From a virus: 64,000 nt of DNA. Shown piece after piece: positions 48,416 through 58,077 of the stretch. A program made the position numbers and the translations under genes. Below the pieces are notes generated by a model, which saw only the letters and a list, made by a program, of their open reading frames with translations, had not been told where the DNA came from and made no database searches. The stretch's first letter is position 1, and every line of letters begins with the position of its first letter. The stretch lies in the IMG/VR virus record IMGVR_UViG_3300045994_000147, positions 2,909 through 66,908 of that record; one strand, given 5' to 3'.

Positions 48416-48536
48416 TTCTAAATATTTCCTATTAAATTAAAATTAAATTGATACTCATGTTAGACATTTCGGAGTCCTTGCCGACCTTTTATCGTGAAGG
48501 TAACACGAATATATGACTAGTGTTAGTAGCCGTATT

Positions 48537-48629
48537 TGGTGGGAGCACTTGGAGTCGAACCAAGAATGTTTACCCTGAGGGATCGGATTTACAGTCCGAT
48601 GTAGAACACGCCTTATCTACAATACTCTC
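48537..48629 (-). tRNA. tRNA-Tyr (GTA)
   Basis: Anticodon arm TCGGA-CTGTAAA-TCCGA; T arm CTTGG-TTCGACT-CCAAG; long variable arm; encoded ACCA end. Confidence 0.85.
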
Positions 48630-48683
48630 GTAATTTGTGTGTGGCTACTTATATAGCGAATTACCACACATACGCGTAAGGGG

Positions 48684-49610
48684 TTAATCCCCTCTCAGAA
48701 TACTTAATTCTTTCTTTGTTAACTTATTAAAATCCCTTTCACTCATCTTAGAGATGTCAACAGTCTCTGAATCAGCTGATTTAGTAGATGCAGATTTTAC
48801 TTTAGTTGGTTGGGAACTAGCAGCTTTAGCGGCCTTCTTACCAGCCTCTACTTTCCTCTTACCACCTAGAGATACCTTTATCTCTTTCTCTACACCCTTA
48901 TACAAAGGGACTACCTTACTAATAGCTAACTTTAATCCTTCAGTCTTTGTTTTACCTGAGGCAACATACCCAGCCAGTAAAGCATTAACAGTATCAACGG
49001 CTTCTTCATTATAATCTTTAGAGTTTGTATCTAAGAAACTATAAGTTGATTCAACAGTTGCAATGTAATTATTAAACCTTTCTGCTTCAATAGCAGCAGT
49101 AGATTCAGCTTTGGCTTCAGTGGAGGCAGTAGATTTAATTGTATTGATTAAACCCATTAACTCATTCTTTCTCTCTTTGTCAATCTGGTTCCGTAGGGCT
49201 GATGCCTTAGCTATTTCACCTTCAATGATTAGAGATACATATTGCTCTTCAGCGGCAGTGAAGTCATAAGTAGGAGCTTGTGGTGCTGCAGGAGTAGCTG
49301 CTGTTGGAGCGTTGGAGAGTGAGATAAGCTTTTCTAATTGAGCTTCTAACCATAGGTTTCGTTCCTTAGCATCTTCTCTTTGTTGAATTACTTCATCAAA
49401 ACGAGACTTAGGGATACGAGCTTCTTTCTTAGTCGGTACTTCTTCTTCCTCTACTTCATCTTCTTCTTCTTCCTGTTCTTCCTCATCTACTTCTTCGTCT
49501 TCCTGATCTTCTTCTATTTCTTCAAGATCCTCATCTTCCTCGTCTTCTAAAAAGTCATCCCCTCTATCCAATGTTTCGTCTTCTTGATCTTCTTCTGTAT
49601 ACTTAGCCAT
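48684..49610 (-). CDS. capsid scaffolding protein
   Basis: Highly acidic N-terminus, IPKSRFDEV, helical body; located between portal region and capsid. Confidence 0.8.
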   Translation of the reverse strand: MAKYTEEDQEDETLDRGDDFLEDEEDEDLEEIEEDQEDEEVDEEEQEEEEDEVEEEEVPTKKEARIPKSRFDEVIQQREDAKERNLWLEAQLEKLISLSNAPTAATPAAPQAPTYDFTAAEEQYVSLIIEGEIAKASALRNQIDKERKNELMGLINTIKSTASTEAKAESTAAIEAERFNNYIATVESTYSFLDTNSKDYNEEAVDTVNALLAGYVASGKTKTEGLKLAISKVVPLYKGVEKEIKVSLGGKRKVEAGKKAAKAASSQPTKVKSASTKSADSETVDISKMSERDFNKLTKKELSILRGD

Positions 49611-49683
49611 TTGTTTCCTTAGTTTCTATTTTATCGTTTTAGTACGAGATCACCTAATATGCCTAGGTGGTGCATTTCAAAGT

Positions 49684-50187
49684 TTACTTTAATAAAAGAT
49701 TATGAGCTATTCTTCTAGCCCACCCTTTACCTTGTGATTCCCATGCTGGTATCTCAGTAAAGAATAGGAGCCTATTAGCGTTATAGTACTGTTTAAGTAA
49801 TACAGGGTCTATAGAGCTAGCAGCCTTGAGTGTATTCTTTCCTATGATACCATCAGGTTCTGATCCAACAGAAGTCTGAAGGATCTTAATAGATCTAGTC
49901 ACACCACTATTTACAGCAGTATCAAATAGATCAAAACTGATCGAGGAAGGTAATTCATTTATCCTAAGTTTATTCCAATAATCCCTTAGATATATCTCTT
50001 TCGCCCTGTCAAGGCTAAGGTTCTGTATATCCTCATCAGGATAAGACATAGAAGAGATACCAAACATACTTCCTTTCAGTTCACCTACTCCTATTTTACC
50101 TGATGTCCAGTTGCCTCTGTCTCTCCGATCCATGGAGAGCTTACCCTCATTCCCTATTAATAATTTAAATGCATCATTGAAGTTCAT
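49684..50187 (-). CDS. endolysin, glycoside hydrolase family 108
   Basis: EG...D..DRG, FGIS, IY.RDYW, FDTAVNSG, DGIIG..T and GW.RR motifs. Confidence 0.88.
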   Translation of the reverse strand: MNFNDAFKLLIGNEGKLSMDRRDRGNWTSGKIGVGELKGSMFGISSMSYPDEDIQNLSLDRAKEIYLRDYWNKLRINELPSSISFDLFDTAVNSGVTRSIKILQTSVGSEPDGIIGKNTLKAASSIDPVLLKQYYNANRLLFFTEIPAWESQGKGWARRIAHNLLLK

Positions 50188-52240
50188 TAATGTTTCCTAG
50201 TTGCCTCGGAGTACTCGTATTATCGACAGGCATTGTAGAAACTTTAGGGGCTGTTTCAGGCATTTCCTGAGGTTCGCCTTGCTCTTCTTCATCTTTAGTT
50301 AAATGAGACTGTAGCGCGTCTATAATCAATGCTAATTTAGGGTTCTCAGAGATCATTACAGCTACATCTGCCACTTGTTTAAGAGTCTCGCCTTCTTTAG
50401 CCTTAGCCTTAGCTTCCAACTCTTCAATAGTCTTTTTCATAGTTTCTAATTGAAGCTGCATCTGTTGCTTCTCTTCGTCACTAGGGCCACCTTCAAGTTG
50501 TTGAGCGATCTCGTTCTTACGAGAGAGAGTACTCATCTTAATCATTTCAGCATCTGGTATCTGAACACCAAACTTACGCATTTCAATAGCTTGAGAGAAC
50601 TGAGCATTTTGGAAAGTGATTTGAGTAGGAACATCAGAGATAACTACATCATACTTACCCACTGTTACATCGTTAATGATAGATGTACCATCATCTTGAT
50701 TTATTGTAACAGGAACATTCTCTTGTTTACCATCTTTCTCTGGGCCAGTAATAATAAAGGTTCTTTCTTGAGTATAAAAACCTTGTATCAACTTCAATAA
50801 TCTATCAGCTATCATATTACGAGTCCTAAACAAATTATCAATAGGAGCTGCGAGTTGTATAGCTGATTGATGTACTCTTGATTGAATAGCTGTACCACTC
50901 ACCTCTGGGCCCTTACCTCCTTGAAAGGTTTCAGACACACCACTTATTAGCCTGATAAGATCTACACCTGAGGTTACTAGATCTTTAAGGCCCGTTGGCA
51001 CTTGGTTTGGCTCAATCTTCTGTGGGGCTGTTCTCCCTTGCTTATACTCTAATACTAATCCAGTTTGAGAACCTACTTGCTCTAGATCCTCTGTATCCAT
51101 ATTGACTAGAGTATTTTCCTCTATCATCCAACCTGAGTTAGCAGTAGTGTTCACTACGTGTAGTATTTGAGAGTAAACCTTATTTAACATCTCTTGGGTC
51201 TTAATAAGATTATCTACTAAACCTACAGTTACACCGCGCCTAAAGTAAGGAAAGTAAGGAACTACAGTAAAATGATCATAAGGACTCCATTCATCAAATA
51301 GAACAACATCTCTAGTAGATACTGTCCATCTAACTCTTTTAGCAGTTTTCTTAATTATTTCATATCCATTACCCTTGGCATACTTCTTCTTCTCAGCAGG
51401 TTTAGTGCCTTCTGGTACAGGGAATAAATCACCAGTACTAGGGTCAAAGTAGAACTCTCTATTATGTAGTTTCCAGTATTGTCTATTGATTAGACGGGCA
51501 TGAGGGACATCTGTAGTATCTGTGTAGAAGGCAGAGTAGTTGTTTACAGAACCAAACTTATTACGCTCTTCTTCAAATGTACCCCTACCAAAGTCAGGTT
51601 CATTAGATACTGCATTCTCTATAGCTCTCCATTTGGCTAGGCCATATGTTTCTTTAATATCATCAAAGGACATCCAAGAGAGGGTAATAACATCAGCCCA
51701 ATCATCTGGATCATAACTTTTAGAATCAGGGTCTGGTATTACATCTAATGGATCCAATACATCTATACTTACATCTCCATATACGTTATCATTAAAATCC
51801 ATCTTAATGTCAAAGTAACCACGTTGTTGTATTAAACCATCTGAGAATACTTGACTCTCTTTCCATGGGAACTTACTTTGATCTGTTAGGTACATAGAGA
51901 TCTTAGAGAGTATGTCTGAGATATTCTGATCATCCACTTCCCTAGGCTTATAAGCGATATCCATCCGGCTTTGGGTTTGGTAGCCTATTACAGTATTAAC
52001 TGTAGAGAAAATAATATTCTCTTCTAAGTAAGGTCTACCAGCATCCTCTAGTGACTTCTTGTCTTCAGCAGTCCATTGTCGTCCACCGCCTAAATAGAAA
52101 TCCTCACATAAACGAGCTTGGGATTGATAAATGTGATGGCCTCTATACAGGGCTGTTAGATACCTCTTCCACTGATTGTTAGCTAGTTGAGTATCTTTTA
52201 ATATATTTGTTGCCATTTTATTCCTTAAGCTGTTCGCCAA
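50174..52240 (-). CDS. portal protein (P22-like)
   Basis: DFY.G..QW...GRP.L..N.I, DPDS..YD..D, GLVDNL...Q...NK and G.YDV motifs; follows terminase. Confidence 0.88.
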   Translation of the reverse strand: MANSLRNKMATNILKDTQLANNQWKRYLTALYRGHHIYQSQARLCEDFYLGGGRQWTAEDKKSLEDAGRPYLEENIIFSTVNTVIGYQTQSRMDIAYKPREVDDQNISDILSKISMYLTDQSKFPWKESQVFSDGLIQQRGYFDIKMDFNDNVYGDVSIDVLDPLDVIPDPDSKSYDPDDWADVITLSWMSFDDIKETYGLAKWRAIENAVSNEPDFGRGTFEEERNKFGSVNNYSAFYTDTTDVPHARLINRQYWKLHNREFYFDPSTGDLFPVPEGTKPAEKKKYAKGNGYEIIKKTAKRVRWTVSTRDVVLFDEWSPYDHFTVVPYFPYFRRGVTVGLVDNLIKTQEMLNKVYSQILHVVNTTANSGWMIEENTLVNMDTEDLEQVGSQTGLVLEYKQGRTAPQKIEPNQVPTGLKDLVTSGVDLIRLISGVSETFQGGKGPEVSGTAIQSRVHQSAIQLAAPIDNLFRTRNMIADRLLKLIQGFYTQERTFIITGPEKDGKQENVPVTINQDDGTSIINDVTVGKYDVVISDVPTQITFQNAQFSQAIEMRKFGVQIPDAEMIKMSTLSRKNEIAQQLEGGPSDEEKQQMQLQLETMKKTIEELEAKAKAKEGETLKQVADVAVMISENPKLALIIDALQSHLTKDEEEQGEPQEMPETAPKVSTMPVDNTSTPRQLGNINELQ
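50220..50246 (-). promoter_or_regulatory. sigma-28-type promoter for endolysin-scaffold-capsid
   Basis: TAAAGTTT-N11-GTCGATAA, about 33 nt upstream of ATG50187. Confidence 0.8.
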
Positions 52241-53562
52241 TTCTTAGTGGAAATTCTTTTGGTAGTCGCTTTCATATAGTCATTTCTAAATGATTTAGAT
52301 TTGGGGAGGGTAATACCTATTGCCAAGTATCTAAAAGCATCTGCAGGATCTGAAGCCCAGTCATGAACATCATTATCCTTATATATTTGGTGCTTATCAT
52401 CCCACTCCTTCCTATAGTTCTTTAAGCCATCTAAACCAGCAGCACACTTCACTTTATCGAAGTAACACTGTGGTAATATGACTCTAACGGCATTTCTGCC
52501 TTCTTCTTTAGAAAGCTTAGAGATAATGTTTAGTCTAGTCCCTTTAAATAATTCTTCAGCCATTTCGTATCTAGTGCGACCAGAACCAAACTCTATATTA
52601 ACTATATCATGAGGAAAGTTATGAGATTTATATACATAGTTCTTAGATTGTAGAACTTTAGCATAATGATCTAAACCTTTATTATTAGAGGTGTAATAGT
52701 CAATAACATGTACCGATTTACCCATAGTCTGAGTGAACCATATACAGGTATAGTCACCTGCCCCTATATCCCACCAAGTTTCTACTGGTGCTGAAGAGTC
52801 TAAAGGTAACTTACAGATTTGTCCATTCTTTTCTATATCTTCTATGATTGTAAGGTAATAGAACCCTTCTGAGTTAGCAGTCCATGAGTTATAGAACTCT
52901 TGCTGTATTAACTCCTCGGACATACCAGATTCACGCTCTTCTTGTATAACCTCATCGGATACATATCTGTTACCATTCTCATCTAAGGTTTGAGTAACAT
53001 CTAGGTTCTGTACGAACCAATTGATATTCTTCTCGGCCATTTGGGTTAAATCATAGAAATGATTCTTGCCATTGGTAGAGGAGTTGAATGCGGCCCATCC
53101 ATTATTCTCTGCTAGAATAGGTCTAATAATGTTCCATGCTTTAGGGTTCTGGAAGGCAAACTCAGAGAATACACACCCTACTGGGTTAGCTCCACGAACC
53201 TTATCGAATTTGTCAGTACCCATTACTTGTATTACAGACCCAGTGGTTAAGTGGATCTTCATGTCAGTACTATTCTTAGATTGTACTAAGGAGGGAGGGA
53301 TGTGATCTAAGAACTTAAAACCTGAACCATCAATACCATCCCATATTACCCTTCGTCCTTGAGCGTACTCAGGAAAGAAATAGTAATATACACCTACCCT
53401 TTTAACGGACTCCCTAACCATTAAATTAAACATTGTTTTATCTTTTCCAGCCCTGCGGTGATAAATAGCTATTATTCTTTTATAGCCATTATCACGAGCA
53501 GCTAGAAGCTCCTTTTGATATGTTCTTGGAGTAAATTGATATGGTATTGTGATTACAGACAT
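52225..53562 (-). CDS. terL: terminase large subunit
   Basis: PRTYQ, HRRAGKD, VFSE, GKNHFY, QEF, WDIG..D and HDWASDPADAFRY motifs. Confidence 0.93.
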   Translation of the reverse strand: MSVITIPYQFTPRTYQKELLAARDNGYKRIIAIYHRRAGKDKTMFNLMVRESVKRVGVYYYFFPEYAQGRRVIWDGIDGSGFKFLDHIPPSLVQSKNSTDMKIHLTTGSVIQVMGTDKFDKVRGANPVGCVFSEFAFQNPKAWNIIRPILAENNGWAAFNSSTNGKNHFYDLTQMAEKNINWFVQNLDVTQTLDENGNRYVSDEVIQEERESGMSEELIQQEFYNSWTANSEGFYYLTIIEDIEKNGQICKLPLDSSAPVETWWDIGAGDYTCIWFTQTMGKSVHVIDYYTSNNKGLDHYAKVLQSKNYVYKSHNFPHDIVNIEFGSGRTRYEMAEELFKGTRLNIISKLSKEEGRNAVRVILPQCYFDKVKCAAGLDGLKNYRKEWDDKHQIYKDNDVHDWASDPADAFRYLAIGITLPKSKSFRNDYMKATTKRISTKNWRTA

Positions 53563-53565
53563 GTA

Positions 53566-54003
53566 TTACTTACCTACTCTCTTAGTTTCAGCCCCATTAG
53601 ACTTATCCCAACTACGGGCAATACCTAACCCTAACATACCACCTATTAACGTCTGTAATAGATTAATATCAATCCCTGGGAATACTGCTGGATACCCGAA
53701 TACTAAGAGCATACCATTAACCACTGGCATTAGTACTACTTGATAAGCTAAACCTGAGCCGCCTACCCAGCCTATGAATGGCCTCCATCCTGCTACAAAT
53801 ACAGAGGATGAAGAGGCTTCTGTGTTATTAACATTAACCTGAGCTAGTACAGAATTATATTCATTCTGCATTTCAGTTAAGGCTAATGTCATTCTATTTC
53901 GTTCTGCTAAATCTGCATCAGGAGCTACTTTATCTAATATCTTAGAGATAAGGTTAGAGCCTGCTTCTATAGCTGATGGTATATCGAACATATTGTTACC
54001 CAA
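53566..54003 (-). CDS. holin (3TM family)
   Basis: FVAGWRPFIGWV...MLGLG..RSWDK. Confidence 0.8.
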   Translation of the reverse strand: MGNNMFDIPSAIEAGSNLISKILDKVAPDADLAERNRMTLALTEMQNEYNSVLAQVNVNNTEASSSSVFVAGWRPFIGWVGGSGLAYQVVLMPVVNGMLLVFGYPAVFPGIDINLLQTLIGGMLGLGIARSWDKSNGAETKRVGK

Positions 54004-54205
54004 ATATTTTAGTTAAGAGAGGGATAGCTTTATCTCCTAAGACAGCTAGGAAGAATGCAGCAGTACCCCATGTTTTAAACCACGTCTTTATTTCTTTTAC
54101 TTCATCTAGCACTTCATCTAACCGTTGAGATATAGCTTCAACACGGACGTTTAATTTAACGTTATTAATTTCTAAATCTTTAAATTCCTCTTGATTCGGC
54201 ATCAT
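53996..54205 (-). CDS. small coiled-coil membrane protein (lysis-associated?)
   Basis: Coiled coil plus C-terminal transmembrane segment, next to the holin. Confidence 0.5.
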   Translation of the reverse strand: MMPNQEEFKDLEINNVKLNVRVEAISQRLDEVLDEVKEIKTWFKTWGTAAFFLAVLGDKAIPLLTKIFG

Positions 54206-54217
54206 AGTCAGTCCTGA

Positions 54218-54736
54218 TTATAAAGTGCCAACTGTTACAACTAAACTCTTTATACGTTCCTCTATTCTACCAGAGGATCTTAAGATAGTTATGGTATTTG
54301 TTAGGGTGAACTTCTTTAATAATGGATCCACTAATGTTACCTTTATTCCAGTAGTCTTAGTATCTAATATTACTGGTAATTCAGTAGTAACACCAACAGT
54401 TGATGTCCATGTAGAAGTTGTTATAGCATCCCCAGTTAATAGGCGAGTAGTTGCTGGTAGACACTTCCACCTTACAGTCCCATCATCTGTAGTCTTACCT
54501 TCTGTAGTATCAAATACTGGTTCTACTGATGCAGAGATACCACCTGAGATACACTCATACATGCATCCATTAGCTGTGGTAGGGACAATGACATCTAAGC
54601 CTTTTATATACTCCTTACTTGAAACTCTAGTAGGTGGCCTATAATCTATATAGTAGTACTTCTTTGAAGAAGGGTCATGCAAATCCGCGTCAGGCCATAT
54701 AACCTGACCAGAGTCATCTGAGTAAATAATTGACAT
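54218..54736 (-). CDS. tail/appendage-associated protein
   Basis: HDPS....Y.ID, YEC..GG.S..EP and DGTVRW motifs. Confidence 0.55.
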   Translation of the reverse strand: MSIIYSDDSGQVIWPDADLHDPSSKKYYYIDYRPPTRVSSKEYIKGLDVIVPTTANGCMYECISGGISASVEPVFDTTEGKTTDDGTVRWKCLPATTRLLTGDAITTSTWTSTVGVTTELPVILDTKTTGIKVTLVDPLLKKFTLTNTITILRSSGRIEERIKSLVVTVGTL

Positions 54737-54769
54737 TTTTAGCCTTGTATGTTATTAGTAAGTTTTATA

Positions 54770-56449
54770 TTATCCATTGGCAGCCCCAACACTATTAGTA
54801 GTTACTACCTTACTACCACCTATAGATATCGTCCTATTTCCATCCATAGCTAATACTCTTATTGATAAAGATATAGGGGCTATAACGCTAGTTCCGTATA
54901 GAGCAATATTACCGAGGTAGCTATAATAACCTATAGATCCCTGTAAGCTATAAAGTCTTTTAGAGGTTGCAGGGTAAGTTGTATAAGCGTAGACCCCTTT
55001 AGATCCAAATAGAACTCTACTTTTAGTTAGAGCAGCTTGATTACCTGTATAACCATATAATCCAATAGAACCTTGAAGGCTATGGGTATTTTTAAATAAT
55101 CCAGATAGGCCTGTGCTGGTGTAAGTGCCTTTAACCCCAGAGAGGGTGTATCTTTTAACTAAAGTTGCTGTATTACCTAATAAGGTATAAACACCTAAAG
55201 CACCTAATAGGGTATAGTGATTAGTAACTGCATTGGATGTGTAAGTTAATGTACCCGAAGTCCCTAAATAACTATAAGATCCAGATGTGCTGTTTAATAA
55301 TCTATTAGTCTTAAAGGTTGATGTTCTACCTGTTAAAGAGTGAGAGCCTATAGCCCCACTTAGTACTCTATTACTTCTAAAGGTTGATGTATTACCTGTT
55401 AGAGAATAAGAACCAATAGCACCTAAAAGAGTGTAGTGATTAGTAACTGCATTGGAGGTATATGTTAATGTACCTGCACTTCCAGTTAAACTGTAACTTC
55501 CAATCACCCCTAAGAGAGTGTGATTACTTCTAAAGGCTGATGTCTTGCCTGAAAAGGCAAGTGAACCAACGGCACCATTTAATAATCTATTAACCTTAAA
55601 GGTTGCTGCATTGCCTGTTAGACTATAAGATCCAGCGGTACCTGATAGAGTGTAGTTAACTACTCCACTAGATAAGGTTAGGAATTGCGGTATAGATGGG
55701 CTTTTTAAGAGCTGCCAGAAGTTTTGCGTTAATCGAACAGCCTCTGCATTAGTCAGTACTCTGTCGTAAAACCCAAAAACCTGAATCATACCTCCGTTTG
55801 CCATTATTTCAGTAGCGTAATGAGCACCAAGCGCATACTGCCTATTTAGCGTAAACGTTTGAACGAAAGCGAATTGGCCAATAGAAACACCATTAACGTA
55901 AAATGAGACCGTTGCACCATTATAGGTAACTGCAATATTATAAAACTGACCAGCTGTAACGGCACCAGCAGCCGATGCAACACCTGCAACACCTGACTTA
56001 AGAAGTCCTATTGCGCCTGCGGCGTCAATTCTGAGCTGAATGGAACCAGACCCAGTTGCAGATGAATAGATTGATTGATTAGATAAGCTGGCAAAATTAA
56101 CCCTCGCAAAGAGCGTAAAACTACCACTTGTTTTCGGCGCTCCCGTGCCTGTGGCATCTCCTAGATTAAGATTTATAGATGACGCAGTACCAGTACCAAC
56201 TGAATTAAAGTTAACTGCATACCCCGATGAAGTAACCAGCCATTTATTTCCGCTTACCGTAGAAGGTATGCCAACCCCAAATTTACCGTTCAACCCAGAG
56301 ACGGAATCAGTTATTGAGTTATTACCAGACTGATTAAGGCCCCAGAAGTGAGATAGGCCTTTAGACAGGGGGTTACTTAGGTCTATACCTGTGTTGCTTT
56401 GCGGCTGAGTAGTGCTTACCTTTTTGGTTAACCTAAGAATATCAGCCAT
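54770..56449 (-). CDS. LamG-domain fibre protein with G(S/T)Y.LTG repeats
   Basis: YNIAVTYNG..V.FYVNG and YDRVLT; ~23-aa repeats in the C-terminal half. Confidence 0.7.
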   Translation of the reverse strand: MADILRLTKKVSTTQPQSNTGIDLSNPLSKGLSHFWGLNQSGNNSITDSVSGLNGKFGVGIPSTVSGNKWLVTSSGYAVNFNSVGTGTASSINLNLGDATGTGAPKTSGSFTLFARVNFASLSNQSIYSSATGSGSIQLRIDAAGAIGLLKSGVAGVASAAGAVTAGQFYNIAVTYNGATVSFYVNGVSIGQFAFVQTFTLNRQYALGAHYATEIMANGGMIQVFGFYDRVLTNAEAVRLTQNFWQLLKSPSIPQFLTLSSGVVNYTLSGTAGSYSLTGNAATFKVNRLLNGAVGSLAFSGKTSAFRSNHTLLGVIGSYSLTGSAGTLTYTSNAVTNHYTLLGAIGSYSLTGNTSTFRSNRVLSGAIGSHSLTGRTSTFKTNRLLNSTSGSYSYLGTSGTLTYTSNAVTNHYTLLGALGVYTLLGNTATLVKRYTLSGVKGTYTSTGLSGLFKNTHSLQGSIGLYGYTGNQAALTKSRVLFGSKGVYAYTTYPATSKRLYSLQGSIGYYSYLGNIALYGTSVIAPISLSIRVLAMDGNRTISIGGSKVVTTNSVGAANG

Positions 56450-56452
56450 AGG

Positions 56453-56950
56453 TTAACCTAAAGTATAACCCTGGTACTTAATTACATTACCAGTTGATAG
56501 TGCAGCCCCTGAGTAATTAACTAGAGCAATACCCCAGTATGAAGGCAACACACCTCCGAAAGCTTGAGCAATGCTAAATATAGCTTCTTGTGTGTTACTA
56601 GCGAAGTTAGCAGGGTATTGAATTGAACCAACAAGCTTTAAGTTATTTGGTAATGTAGAGATATCAGGGAATGTTAAGGCCCCAACAGTTCCAGCAGCTC
56701 CGCCTGTTGTTGCCCCTGTTGTCCCTAGGTCTGTGATGTTATTCCCACCAAAGGCAAAGATGCTAATACATTTATTATTAGCTGGGACTGTGTTGGCTAT
56801 TGTTATTAGAAAGTTTACATAGACATCAATAAATTTATTAGTTGTATTATCAATGTATCCGCTCCCCCACCCAGCCGTAGCACTGTTAGCTAGAGAGTCT
56901 AGGGATGTAGTTGTTACTGTAGTCTCTGTTCCGTAAATTGGGCCTGCCAT
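56453..56950 (-). CDS. virion appendage protein
   Basis: T/G/N-rich beta protein in the late arm. Confidence 0.55.
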   Translation of the reverse strand: MAGPIYGTETTVTTTSLDSLANSATAGWGSGYIDNTTNKFIDVYVNFLITIANTVPANNKCISIFAFGGNNITDLGTTGATTGGAAGTVGALTFPDISTLPNNLKLVGSIQYPANFASNTQEAIFSIAQAFGGVLPSYWGIALVNYSGAALSTGNVIKYQGYTLG

Positions 56951-57402
56951 TATAATACCTCATGTATTGCGTTAGATATATCATTCTCATTAATAGCTAA
57001 CCCAAGCTGTTCAGCGCGGCTGATCATCTTCTTACCAAATGACAATATAGTTAATTTATTAGTTTCAGTAAAATCAGGAATAAGAGGCTCGGCTACCACT
57101 GCATCTAATGTAGCTGTTATTTTACCGAGAATGATTGGATTACTCAGATCAAATCCACTCTCAGTAAAATCTGCTAGAGCCATGTTAAACTCACGGCATG
57201 ATAGAGTTGTGCTATCTAGCATTGGTAGCCTTAATCCTAATAAGGAGATGTATTGTTTTACATCATGTACAGTAAGTTTACCATACACCTCTATATCCTT
57301 ACGATTTAAAGCGTTAGCTATTGTAGAGAAGTCGTGATTAATTACAGATGGCCCAAGTTCTACGGCCAATGGGCCTGTTGTTATTTCTGTATATATACTC
57401 AT
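56950..57402 (-). CDS. hypothetical protein
   Basis: IANALN and ISRAEQLGL motifs; coupled to neighbours. Confidence 0.6.
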   Translation of the reverse strand: MSIYTEITTGPLAVELGPSVINHDFSTIANALNRKDIEVYGKLTVHDVKQYISLLGLRLPMLDSTTLSCREFNMALADFTESGFDLSNPIILGKITATLDAVVAEPLIPDFTETNKLTILSFGKKMISRAEQLGLAINENDISNAIHEVL

Positions 57403-57404
57403 GA

Positions 57405-57818
57405 TTATGCAATAGACAACACGCCATTTACAGCGTCTGGAGTGAAGACGAAGGTATCAGCATTAGTTCCATTCATTACAATAGATGAACCATTATCCCA
57501 ATATCCCACTTGAATGTTTCCAGTCTTATTTACTAGGGCTACATATCGAAATGTAAAGCCTGCACCTGATGCAGTCCATGTAGCAGGGGCTGCCAAAACT
57601 AATTTGTATGTTCCAGTAGCTTCTGCTGATGTAATTGTAGCTACGTTAGCCCCACCTTGAGTATAACCACCACCTGTAACAAGATCAGAGGTTCCAGCAA
57701 CAAATGCTGTTCCTGATGGAGCTGTATTGGTAAGAGTAAATGCCCATTGATCTGTGCCAGCATTTAAACTCTCAACTAAAAGTTCAATTGCTCCAGCTAT
57801 TTTATTGTATACTGCCAT
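57405..57818 (-). CDS. virion structural protein
   Basis: GGGYTQGG, WTASG..F.FRY and GYWD.G motifs; AGGA RBS. Confidence 0.6.
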   Translation of the reverse strand: MAVYNKIAGAIELLVESLNAGTDQWAFTLTNTAPSGTAFVAGTSDLVTGGGYTQGGANVATITSAEATGTYKLVLAAPATWTASGAGFTFRYVALVNKTGNIQVGYWDNGSSIVMNGTNADTFVFTPDAVNGVLSIA

Positions 57819-57831
57819 TTTATTTCCTATT

Positions 57832-58077
57832 TTAGTTTATCTGAATGTTGTGTATATCGGCAGAGCTAGTGCAAACTGTAGCTCCATTATCTATTACAAT
57901 TAAGGATTTACTCTTATTATCTACTCCAATCGGTGGTGAAGTAGGGCAAGTAGCTAATAACCTAACCCTATACTTATTATCTAATCTATTCATCATGTCA
58001 TTTAGTAAGCCTATAGTAGCCATTGATTTAGTTACAGACAATAGGCCTAGAGTTACTACATTTAATGAAGCTGGCAT
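57832..58077 (-). CDS. hypothetical protein
   Basis: TAATG-coupled to the upstream gene; co-directional with the late arm. Confidence 0.45.
   Translation of the reverse strand: MPASLNVVTLGLLSVTKSMATIGLLNDMMNRLDNKYRVRLLATCPTSPPIGVDNKSKSLIVIDNGATVCTSSADIHNIQIN
57854..57880 (-). promoter_or_regulatory. sigma-28-type promoter
   Basis: TACAGTTT-N11-GCCGATAT, about 36 nt upstream of ATG57818. Confidence 0.78.

Noticed and set aside
55200-55480. Diversity-generating retroelement TR/VR pair
   Set aside because: Both copies are in-frame in one gene, differences are mostly synonymous, and no reverse transcriptase is present
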